Source: Eledone cirrhosa
Taxonomy: Eukaryota
Length of the DNA stretch: 64,000 bases
NCBI GenBank assembly: GCA_964016885.1
Contig: OZ024740.1
Location: 313,286,001 to 313,350,000, forward strand
Direction: 5' to 3'
Shown piece after piece: positions 50,886-61,907 of this stretch (the first letter of the stretch is position 1; each line of letters opens with the position of its first letter). Under the pieces are notes generated by a model, which saw only the letters and a program-made list of their open reading frames with translations, had not been told where the DNA came from and ran no database searches. The position numbers were made by a program, and so were the translations under genes.

Positions 50886-51440
50886 ATTGGGTGATAATAA
50901 AAACAATTCTCAAAGAGAGAAAATAGTCCAGATTTATAAGTAGAAATTAAAGGTATGATGACATGTTTCAAAAAACAAGGTAACACAGATAATTAGATGA
51001 CTAGACAAGTATTCTGTCAGTGATTCTCATTGCCTTCACTGTTTGTTTCCTTATAAACAGCTTTCCCATGTGACTCAGTCATGTACACAACCGATATATG
51101 ATATGAAGGAAAACAGGTTCAAATCCACTTTGGTTGTTGTTGTTGACCCAAGTCAGTTCTGAGTAAGCAGATCTACAATAAAAGATGTTGCAACTGGGAT
51201 CATGCCACCCTTTTGTATTTCTAGTTCTATTCTTTTGAATGTGTAACTTCCTTTTTGTAAGATGTTAAGATGAGATTTAAATGAATTTGGCTGCTATTTC
51301 TAGCAGGTCTAGCAATCGTGCAAAGGCTTGTTGTAATTCTCTGATATGGAATTTGGCAGTTGATATTTTTGAGATGGAATTTCGATAAACTTATGTTAGA
51401 GTTCAGTACTTTCATCCTTTTTTTTTTTCTTATCAATTAA

Positions 51441-51576
51441 TCATGAAGAAATGACAGTGTCCAAAGCCCTTTTCAGGGTCTCTGTGTTTTGTGGAAAGGC
51501 AGGAAGAATTGGCCTAAAACCTTGCAATAGAGTGAACACTGCTAAAGGGGCCCAAGGATCAGTTGTTGCTGTTAAA
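51441..51576 (-). CDS. Candidate terminal coding exon of an unidentified gene
   Basis: Acceptor 'ttaacttaatcctttgctcag' then an open frame LTATTDPWAPLAVFTLLQGFRPILPAFPQNTETLKRALDTVISS*; non-repetitive sequence; no homology recognised. Confidence 0.25.
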
Positions 51577-52041
51577 CTGAGCAAAGGATTAAGTTAAACA
51601 CAATTAGTTCACAGCAGAATTTTAACAAAGATTGCAAAGGCCTGAGAAAATACTGCAAGGTACCTTATTTGATACTCTCATGATTCCACCAGTTCACTGC
51701 CTTAGATCGATTCTTTGCTGATTTGTGTATATTGGTGAAAATGCCAGAGGAGACAAATGGAATTTCATTGTCTGAATATTAATTCACAGAAAAAAATAAT
51801 CACAACAAACGCCCATAAGTTCACCTTATAATATATATGTATATATGGAGTAAAACAGGGATCAGTCAAGAAAACATGAAAAAAGACTGAATGTTCTAAT
51901 GAAGTGGTTGTAGGAGAAAGAAGAAAAGCTGATAGTTGATGGTCAATGTTAATGGGAGGTAATTGGGAAGCAAACTTTTTAACAACACAGTAATGACACT
52001 GCTCACATACAAACATCCTCATATATTAAAAAAACACAACC

Positions 52042-52269
52042 TTAACTCTTTAGTGTTCAAACCGGCCAAAACTGGCCAGAATTCTCTACCTCTTTCTGTT
52101 GAAACTGGCTGTAACTGGTCGCTCAAACTGATGTTAAGGTATTGTTCTCAAAATAAATACTTTCAAAATCTCATAGATTCGATATTATGTGAGATAATTA
52201 TGCAAGGTAAAGCCTTTACCATGAAAATATAATAGTAAATATAAAATAATGTGAATGCTAAAGGGTTAA
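52042..52269 (+). mobile_element. piggyBac-type MITE copy
   Basis: TTAA-ctctttagtg ... atgctaaaggg-TTAA; matches 4972-5186. Confidence 0.78.
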
Positions 52270-52745
52270 AAATGCTCCCTAAAACACAAAACCATATAGT
52301 TTGGAATAAAACTCTATGGAAACTAGCCTTTAGTTTTATAACTTCTATTGATCATCCACAATAGTGAAATAGTGATACGTTTACTCTCCCGCTCTTTCTA
52401 TCTCTTTCTCTCTCTCTCTTTCTATATATATATAGTTTCTGATTTAGGCACAAGGCCATCAATTTGAAGGAAAGAGAAAGTCAATTAAATCCACCCCTGT
52501 GCATTACTGGTACTTTATTTTATTGACCCTGTAAGGATGAAAGGCAAAGCTAGTCTCAGTGGGATGTTAGCTCAGAAGCAAAGGGACGTAACTCTATGCT
52601 GCAAAGCATGTTGTTTAATGCTCTACTGATTCTGAAAATCACTGGCCTTATATATATTCATACACACACACATATATATCATCATTATCGTCATATATAT
52701 TCATACACATACACATATATACCATCTTCCATCCTAGCATGGGTT

Positions 52746-52821
<76 letters not shown>

Positions 52822-53459
52822 GAAATCCAGTATCCAGGGCCTTCTCACTCTATGTTGGAGGACTCCCAGCCTGGTTGACTTCTACTGCTTGCTATCTCTG
52901 GCCATATTGGTATTGGGTCACATCGTCGTGCCATCTGGGTTTTGGTCACCCTCTGGTTCTTCCCCACTCACTGCATTGGTGACTACTCTGTCATTCTAAT
53001 AGTCACCTGTTGTCTCTGAAACATAAGACAAACATTTCATAGAAAGAAGACAAGTATGAAGATAAGATGGCAGTAATTGTTGAGTAAAGTTGATAGAAGA
53101 GGTCAAAAGCTATAGTTAAACTTAATTTGACCTTCAATTGTCTTCTTTCTTTAATTTATTTCTTATATATGGTTTGGTCATGTAACACACCATAATAGCT
53201 GACATCTAACAAAACAGATCAGATACAGACAGCCATCTTCAGTAAAACTCACTGGAATGGTGAGATAGGAGGATGGTAGAAAACACAGGATTAGCTGAAA
53301 ATGGGGGGACTATACAGGGAGAAGGTCCTGCTTCTTGTTCTCCTATTGTCTGCTTAGATGATGGAGTTTGATTGATTGAATATATATATGTAGTTTGTAT
53401 GTATGGGTGTGTGTATATATGCATGGATGCATGTATGTATATGTGTGGGGGTGGGGGTG

Positions 53460-53850
53460 CATCATCATCATCATCATCATCACCGTTTTACATCCCTTCT
53501 TCCACTCTAGCATGGGTTAGACGAGTTGTCCTGTTGTGGGCAATCCTAGGCCTGGTGACCATGTCCTGCTCGTACAGAACTGATTTTTACTTGGTTTTTA
53601 CAGCTGGATGCCCTTCCTAATACCAACCTCATTTACAGTGAGTGCTGGGTGCTTTTTGTCGTGACACCTACTCGACCACTTTACAGTGCAGGCTGGGTGC
53701 TTTTTTCTGTGTCACCATCATGACCACTTTACAGTGTGGGCTAGGGGCTTCACTGGATGCATACTTTGGCCTGTCCTTATGGGGGTGTATGGGAGGGTGG
53801 GGTAGAGCATGGAGTATATATGCTTCAGCTTCGTCCTGTGCCCATGGGAA
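53460..53850 (-). mobile_element. RTE 3' UTR fragment
   Basis: Closely matches 47980-48300. Confidence 0.85.
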
Positions 53851-54129
53851 ATGCAAGTATATATATGTATATATAAAGGCAGAGTCATTAGAACATTGGA
53901 TAGAATGCTTTGGAGTATTCGTTCTGGCTCTCTGCACTCTCAGTTCAAAACTTGCTGAGGTCAACTTTACCTTTCATCCTTTCGAGGTCAATAAAAAAAT
54001 GAATTGGTCTAGTCCAGGGGTCAATTCTTCCTCTAAATCTCTTTCTCACTATTACTCTATCACTCTATTTTGGGGGGAAGAAATCTGCTGTATTCAGATC
54101 TGGCCTAAATCAGGAACCATTTTTTAACA

Positions 54130-56310
54130 CAGTAGGTTGGTGGATTAGCAGTATCGGTAGAGCATCAGACAACATGCTTTGCGGCATAGAGTTATGGCCC
54201 TTTATGTTCTGAGTTCAAATCCTGCCAAGTTAGCTTTATCTTACGTTATGCTTTGACGCATAGAGTTACAGCCTTTGCCATTCTGAGTTCAAATCCCGCC
54301 GAGGTTGACTTTGCCTTTCATCCTTACGGGGTCGATAAAATAAAGTACCAGTAATGTACTGGGTAATTGCTGGCCTTGTGCCAAAAGTAGAAACATTTAT
54401 TTCAGAGACGATAAAATAAAGTACCAGTAATGCATTGGGGTCGATTTAATTGACTTTTCCCTCCCCCACAATTGTTGGCCCTTTTCATTCTGAGTTCAAA
54501 TCCCGCCTAGGTTAGTTTTGTCTTTCATCCTGTCAGAGCTGATAAAATAAAGTACTGGGGTTGATTTAATCAACTTTCCCCTCCCCTAAAATTGTTGGCC
54601 TTGTGCCTAAATCAGGAACCATTATTTAACACAGTAGGGTGGTGGATTGGCTGTATCAGTAGAACATCAAGCAACATGATTTGTGGCATATAGTTACGGC
54701 CCTTTACGTTCTGAGTTCATATCCTGCTGAGGTTAGCTTAGCATTTCAGCCTTCCAGGGTTGATAAAAGAAGATACTAGTAACACACTGGTGCAATTTAA
54801 TCGACTTTTTCCCTCCCCTGCAATTGTTGGTCTTGTGCCTAAATCAGAAACCAATCAGAAACCATTATTGCAGCATAGATTTATGGCCCTTTACTTTCTG
54901 AGATTAAATTCTGCTAAGGTTATCTTTACCTTTCATCCTTACAGAGTCGATAATATAGAGCACCAGTAATGCACTGGGGTAATAGCTGACCTTGTACCAA
55001 AAGTAGAAACAATTATTTAACACAGTAGAGTGTGATTTAAAGAAGAGATTTGGTTGCTATTTCTAGCATATTGGTCGACGACATAGAGGCTCTCTTTTAT
55101 TGTTTTATAATGAGGTAAAGAAAAATGGCAGTGAAGCTAAAGTAATTAGACAAGAGATATTAGTCAACAGGCTGTCCATCAACCAACTGAAGATTCCTTT
55201 CTAAATATTGTCATTAACTATGACCTTAGATTAAATTACAGCAATTTTACATCTGTCACATGGTGTCTGTCTCTCTGTCTGACTATCTGTCTGTCTGTTT
55301 GTCAATCTTGTTCTGCTGCTGGTGGTGGAGGTGGTGGTGGCGGTGGTTGTTGTTGTTGTTGTTGTTCTTCTTCTTCTTGCTGTAGTTGTGGTGCCGTGAG
55401 TTTTCATTTGTTGTAGTTGTAGTAGTTGTAGTTGTTAAAGTACCAGTAATGCACTGGATAATTGCTGGCCTTGTGCCTAAAGTAGAAACAATTATTATTA
55501 GAGCGTCGGACAACATGCTTTCGGCACAGAGTTACGACCCTTTACGTTATGAGTTAAATCAGTCACGTACTGAGGTCGATTTAATCAACTTCCTCCTCCT
55601 ACAAAAATTGCTGGCCTTGTTCCTAAATCAGGAGCCATTATTGTTGCTGCGCATGAAAGAAATCTTAAAATCCTACGAAGGTCAACTTTACTTTACATTC
55701 TTCTGGAGTTGATAAAATAAAGTACTGGAGTTGATTTAATCGACTTTCCCCCAGCTCTCAAATTGCTGGCCATCATAGAGTTACGTCCCTTTACATTCTG
55801 AGTTGAAGTCCCGTTGATTAGTTTTGCTTTTCATTCTTACGGGGTTGATAAATAAAGCACCAGTAATGCACTGGGGTCGATTTAATCGATATGCCCCTGC
55901 CCTTAAAATTGCTCGCATTGTGCCTAAAGTAGATACAATTATTATTGTTATTATTTATATAAGAAGGGCCGAGGTTAACTTTTCCTTTGACCCTAACGGG
56001 ATCGATAAAATAAAGTACCAGAAATGCACTGGGGTAATTGCTGGCCTTGTGCTAAAAGTAGAAACGATTATTTATATAAGAATGGCAGCGGATTGGCAGC
56101 ATCGGTAGAGCGTCGGACGCCATACTTCGCAACATATAGTTACGTACCTTTATGTTCTGATTTCGAATCTCCTCGAGGTTAGCTTTGTCTTTCATTTTTA
56201 CGGGGTCGGTAAAATAAAGTACCAGTAATGCGCTGGTGTAGGTTTAATTCACTTTGCCCTCCCCCCAAATTGTTGGGCCTTGTGCCTAAATCAGAAACCA
56301 TTATTATTGA
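54130..56310 (+). mobile_element. Head-to-tail array of ~12 full and partial family-1 SINEs
   Basis: Recurring B box 'gagttcaaatcc' and 'ggccttgtgcc(t/a)aa' 3' ends, all on the plus strand. Confidence 0.88.
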
Positions 56311-56339
56311 TATAAGAAATCAATATTGTTGCATATCTT

Positions 56340-57213
56340 GATGATGATGTCTTTGTTGTTACTGTTACTGCCGTTGTTGTTGTTGTTGTTACAGCTCCTG
56401 TCGTTGTCGTTGTTGTTGTTACAGCTCTTGCCGTTGTTGTTGTTGTTGTTGTTACAGCTACTGTCGTTGTTGTTGTTGTTGTTACAGCTTCTGCCGTTGT
56501 TGTTGTTGTTGTTACAGCTCCTGCCGTTGTTGTTGTTGTTGTTGTTGTTACAGCTTCTGCCGTTGTCGTTGTTGTTGTTACAGCTCCTGCCGTTGTTGTT
56601 GTTGTTGTTGTTGTTGTTACAGCTCCTGCCGTTGTTGTTGTTGTTGTTGTTACAGCTCCTGCCGTTGTTGTTGTTGTTGTTGTTGTTGTTACAGCTCCTG
56701 CCGTTGTCGTTGTTGTTGTTACAGCTCCTGCCGTTGTTGTTGTTGTTGTTGTTGTTGTTACAGCTCCTGCCGTTGTTGTTGTTGTTGTTGTTGTTACAGC
56801 TCCTGCCGTTGCTGTTGTTGTTGTTGTTGTTGTTGTTACAGCTCCTGCCGTTGTTGTTGTTGTTGTTGTTGTTACAGCTCCTGTCGTTGTTGTTGTTGTT
56901 GTTGTTGTTGTTACAGCTATTGCGGTTGTTGATGTTGTTGCTGTTGTTGCTGTTACAGCTACTGCGGTTGTTGTTGCTGTTGTTGCTGTTATTGTTATTA
57001 CTGCTACTGCGGTTGTTGCTGTTGTTCTTGCTGTTTCTGCTACTGCCGTTGTTGTTGTTATTATATTTGCTGCAGTTGCTGGCCTTGTGCCAAAAGTAGA
57101 AACAATTATATTTGCTGCAGTTGCTGTACTTGTCATTGTTGTTGTTGTTACTGTTGCTGCTACTGTTGTTGTTGTACCCGTTGCTGCTGTTGTCATTGTT
57201 GTTGCTATATTTC

Positions 57214-57244
<31 letters not shown>

Positions 57245-57370
57245 TGCTGTTGTTACTGTTGTTGTTGTTACTATTGTTGCTGTTGCCGTTGTTGTTGTTG
57301 TTGCTTCTGTCGTTGCTGTTGTTACTGTTGTTGTTGTTGTTACTGCTACTGCCATTGTTGTTGTTGTTAA
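56340..57370. repeat. Compound minisatellite: gttacagctcctgcc + (gtt)n, grading into (GTT/GCT) low complexity
   Basis: Directly visible. Confidence 0.95.
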
Positions 57371-58284
57371 TGAGACTGTTGGCAAAGACACAGCAATATT
57401 TACTGGACTCTGCAGCAACTGATGAAGCAATACGACAAGTTCTTGATAGATACTGAAATATCCACTGGAAATAATCATTGTGCCTAAATTCCTAATATGG
57501 TATTGAAATAGAGACACACACACACACACACACATACCCCCCCCCCCCCAGGCAAAAGATACACACAGTGTAGGTAGAACGTCGAACAACATGCTTTGTG
57601 GCATATAGTTATGGCCCTTTACATTCTGAGTTCAAATCCAGTCCGAAGTCAACTTTGCCTTTTATTCATTTGAGGACTATAAAAAAATTACCAGTCAAGT
57701 GCCGGGATCGCTTCTTCTTCTATATCTCATTCTCACTTCTTTTCTCTCACTCTCTATCCTTCTCTGGAAGAAATCTCCTGTATGGGCTCCGTCGTGTTTT
57801 AAAAAATGACCTAGAAACGCCATATGTTAATACGGCGCTCCACCGAGACCCCCGCAGAGTTACGGGACCACACGTGCATACATACATACATATTTCAAGT
57901 TGTGGGTATATTATTATAACTACTTGGTGGTGATGGTGGTGGTGGTGGATTGGCAGTATCGGGTGAACGTCAAGCAACATGCTTTGTGGTATATAGTTAC
58001 GGTATTATGAGTTCAGATCCAGCCGAGGCTATCTTTGCCTTTCATCCTTACGGGTTCAATAAAATAAAGTAGCAGTAATGCACTGGGGTCGGTTTAGTCG
58101 CCCCCCCCCCCCCCAAAAAAAATTGTTGGCCTTGTGCTTAAATCAGTAACTATTATTATCATTATTACTTAGCAATATTCCTCATTCAAATTCAATCACA
58201 GTGGCAAGATAGCCACAATCCTCTTCCAACCGTTGCAATCAGTTGTAGCCCCATTGTCAACTGATTAGCCCTAATTTGACTATC

Positions 58285-58780
58285 TACAAAGGTCGGTTGA
58301 AAAGTTCATAGGCTGTCCAAGATACTCTCATGGAATGACCAAATGAGGATTATTTTTCGACATAGTCCATGGAAAGAAACAATGCAGTTATTAGTAAGAA
58401 AAATTGAAATTAATGCATGAGAGATTTCACAGCTCTAACATCACTCCTTCATAAGCTGTCCAAGATACTCTCATGAAAGGACCAAATGAGGTTTATTTTT
58501 CAACATAGTCCATGGAAAGAAACAATGCAGTTATTAGTAAGAAGAGTTGAAATTAATGCATGCAAGATTTCACAGCTCTAGCATCACTCCTTCATAGTCA
58601 GTCTATGACCAAGATACTCTCATGGAATGACCAAATGAGGTTTATTTTTCAACATAGTCCCCGGAAAGAAACAATGCAGTTATTAATAAGAAGAGTTGAA
58701 ATAATTATTTCTACTTTAATAAGAAGAGCTGAAATAATGCGTGCAAGATTTTACTGCTCTAGCATCACTCCTTCATAGGT
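58285..58780 (+). mobile_element. Mariner-end-derived element with three ~140-bp tandem units
   Basis: 'tacaaaggtcggttgaaaagttcataggctg' mariner-like TIR, then 3x 'ccaagatactctcatg...gcatcactccttcata'. Confidence 0.72.
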
Positions 58781-58829
58781 TGTTTGTGGAAGACCAACAG
58801 TCGCCCAAACATACCAGTCTCCCCTATCT

Positions 58830-59038
58830 ACATTACCGATATTGTCCAAGGGAAATGCAATGAACGATGCAGCTTGGCACCCGTGACGTCGCAACTAATT
58901 TCTACAGCTGAGTAAACTGGAACAACGTGAAATAAAGTGTCTTGGTTAAGGACACAACGCATACCCGGTTGGAGACTCGAACTCACAATCACACGATTGT
59001 AAGCCCAACGCTCAAACAACTAAGCCATACGCCTTCAC
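58830..59038 (-). mobile_element. Family-2-type tRNA SINE
   Basis: Minus strand: 'tggcttagttgtttgagc...gagttcgagtctcc...ccttaaccaagacactttatttcacgttgttccag'. Confidence 0.8.
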
Positions 59039-59346
59039 TATGTAGCCTATAGGCGTACATCTAGCGGTGTAACACTCTTATATAAATATATATTGCCTAT
59101 AGGTATACATTTAGTAATACGACACACTTATATAAACAGATATGTGTTACACACGAGCTAGAGATTCACATAAAATACACGCGACAGATAAACGCATATA
59201 TATATATATAAGTAAGAATATTTTCGAAACAGCGAGTGGGTTTGAAATTATTAGAAATGTAAGCTATCGTCGTATTTTGACTAAAGAAATTATTTAGCCT
59301 GATAGTAGGGTTAAGAACCCTCGGAGAAATGGAAAAAGATGAGTAT

Positions 59347-59418
59347 TGACATACATGGGAGTCGAAACCACATCTTTGGTTATCCGGACCACTGTGCTAC
59401 CATTTACACCAACACATC
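59347..59418 (-). tRNA. Second copy of the tRNA-like cloverleaf (GGA at the anticodon position)
   Basis: Reverse complement of 59695-59766 with D-loop GG intact and a GTTTCGA T-arm variant. Confidence 0.45.
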
Positions 59419-59694
59419 ACCCGTCTTTTTCCATTCAAATTAGAAGCTATAAACTTAGGATAACCAAAGATGTGGGTTCGACTCCCATGTACGTCAATAC
59501 TCATTTTTTCCATTTCTCCGAGGGTTCTTAACCCCACTATCAGGCTAAATAATTTCTTTAATTTCTTTAGTCAAAATACGGCGATAGCTTACATTTCTAA
59601 TAATTTCAAACCTACTCGCTGTTTTGAAAATATTCTTACTTGATTTTACTGTCGCTAAGTTTATAGCTTCTAATTTGAATGGAAAAAGACGAGT

Positions 59695-59766
59695 GATGTG
59701 TTGGTGTAAATGATAGCACAGTGGTCCGCATAACCAAAGATGTGGGTTCGACTCCCATGTACGTCA
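59695..59766 (+). tRNA. 72-nt tRNA-like cloverleaf (GCA at the anticodon position; non-canonical loop, probably a pseudo-tRNA / Pol III promoter)
   Basis: GATGTGT tg GTGT aaatgata GCAC a GTGGT ccgcata ACCAA agat GTGGG ttcgact CCCAT GTACGTC a; T5 run about 10 nt downstream; lacks U33 and purine 37. Confidence 0.5.
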
Positions 59767-60680
59767 ATACTTATCTTTTTCCATTTCTTCGAGGGTTCTT
59801 AACCCCACTATCAGGCTAAATAATTTCTTTAGTCAAAATACGGCGATAGCTGATATATATGTGAGTGTGTGTAGTCAAAATAAAACATAGAAGGGTCACG
59901 ACTAGAATGCCTTTGATTATAAATCGGCTCAATCAGGGTTTACCCGGAGTAACTTTCATAGAGTTTGTTGGACCACTGAGATTTGCAACTAAAGGTGTTG
60001 CTGTACTAGATACATAATAATGTGGTTATAATTTTATAGAGAGTATATTATAAGGATAATAATATAGGTCTTTTAAAATGCTTAAAATGTTTCTTTTTGT
60101 CCGCGGGACGCAGCCCAAACAACGCCGCGCCTTAGGCCCATAGCCCATCACCCTCTCTCCTTCCTTCTCTCTTTCTTCTGTGGCCGAAGAGTCCTTGCTT
60201 TTCCCCTACTTTTCCTCACATTTATAGTCCTTTCCTTCATTTTTCCATGCGAAAGCCAGATCTGCCCTTCTTTACCCCTTCTCCTTTTTCTCATTACTTG
60301 ACTTTGTGTGTATCTTTCTTTTTCATATTTATGTGTTTATCAATGGTTTTTAAGCCAACTTTGTGAATGAAACATGTATTGAGAATAAACATTTATTTTA
60401 GTTTCTAGAAAAGTAAAAAGTCGAACTAAACAATTATCACACGAAACAATAAAAAAAAAAAAATCCACCCAAAACAGAACAAAGCTCCTTTCTGAAATCA
60501 TGTAAGAAATATAATCAAAGGGAAGTAACTTTAGAATTAAAGAAGTCATGTTACGCACGATGCAAGGGGAGTTACTCTCAAAATTAATTTCCTTCTACAA
60601 CAGCGTATGAACACACGCATATATTAGATTTGAAGAGAAAACAAACAATTACATCGGGACTGGGTGGTGCATTTACGGGC

Positions 60681-60740
<60 letters not shown>

Positions 60741-60743
<3 letters not shown>

Positions 60744-60973
60744 ATAGAAAACGAAAAATCAGTGATGCATCTGAACTCAATTTATTGTGTGTTACAATTG
60801 TTTCGCCGGCGGACAGCTCGAGACGCGATCATTGTGTGGAACTGCCTGATTCGAACCTGCAGATCCAGACAGATCCACACAATGATCGCGTCTCGAGCTG
60901 TCCGCCGGCGAAACAATTGTAACACACAATAAATTGAGTTCAGATGCATCACTGATTTTTCGTTTTCTATTCT
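60741..60973. repeat. Perfect ~100-bp-arm inverted repeat next to (TA)n(GA)n
   Basis: agaatagaaaacg...cattgtgtgga / tccacacaatg...cgttttctattct with a ~33-nt loop. Confidence 0.95.
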
Positions 60974-61044
60974 ATCATACTCTACTCTGTAAGAGCATAG
61001 ACTGGTCAACCGGCACACCGCCTATGGAAGCATCTTAGCTATCA

Positions 61045-61099
<55 letters not shown>

Positions 61100-61196
61100 G
61101 GGTGTACATAAAGTCCACGTGCAATTTAAAATACTACAAGCATTGATACTCTGTATATAATATACACACACACGCATACATAATATATATATATAT

Positions 61197-61233
<37 letters not shown>

Positions 61234-61379
61234 TAGAATCACGATCTCGGCGCCAAGCGGTTTTGGCTTGGTGTTAAAGTTAACCACGGTGGAATTTCGA
61301 CTCAAATCGCAGAGAACTGAAACACCGCAAAATATTCTATACGAAATTCCAATGACTCTGCTACTTACTCACATTAATA

Positions 61380-61722
61380 CAGTGAAACTTCGGTTCACAA
61401 ACGCCTTTCCTCATGAACAAATTGGTTCACGAATAATTTTACCCAACATAAAACGTCTTGGCTCACGAATACTCTCTCGAGTAACGAATACGCAACCTGG
61501 AAACAACGGTTGACAACAAGCTTGGAGTATTGACGGGAAATTGTCAATTTCTGTGTAGTTAGTTACTACGGTGATATCTATCTGTCTTTCATACACAATC
61601 ACTCACACTGTATTTCTCTCTGAACATTTCGTATGAAAAACATAGTTTGACTTACGAACATTTCGGGTAACGAACAGCCTTCAGGTACGAATTAAGTAAA
61701 GTCGTGAACCGAGGTTCCACTC
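61380..61722. mobile_element. Tigger/pogo-type MITE
   Basis: TA-cagtgaaacttcggttcac ... gtgaaccgaggttccactc-TA. Confidence 0.8.
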
Positions 61723-61907
61723 TACTCTGAAATAACTATTTACTATATGTTTTAAGTGATAATTGAACACGAACAAGTGAACAATAGAGACTCAGTTATC
61801 TCCCCTGCACGATTAATACCTACACTCAGATACCAAATAATAAAGGTGGGTGAGGTGAAATAAGAGGAGGAGGGAAGATAAACGGGGTGGTGGGGAATCG
61901 GCAATTA

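Larger units (their letters stand above)
59210..59851. mobile_element. TA-embedded element: one inverted + ~1.5 tandem copies of a ~270-bp unit containing a tRNA cloverleaf
   Basis: 59210-59458 is the reverse complement of parts of 59459-59851; 'ataaccaaagatgtggg' recurs at 59460 and 59730. Confidence 0.85.

Noticed and set aside
59295-59330. Hammerhead in the tRNA-containing element (ctgatag-stem-ggagaaa)
   Set aside because: The core is CTGATAG rather than CTGANGA and GAAA is misplaced.
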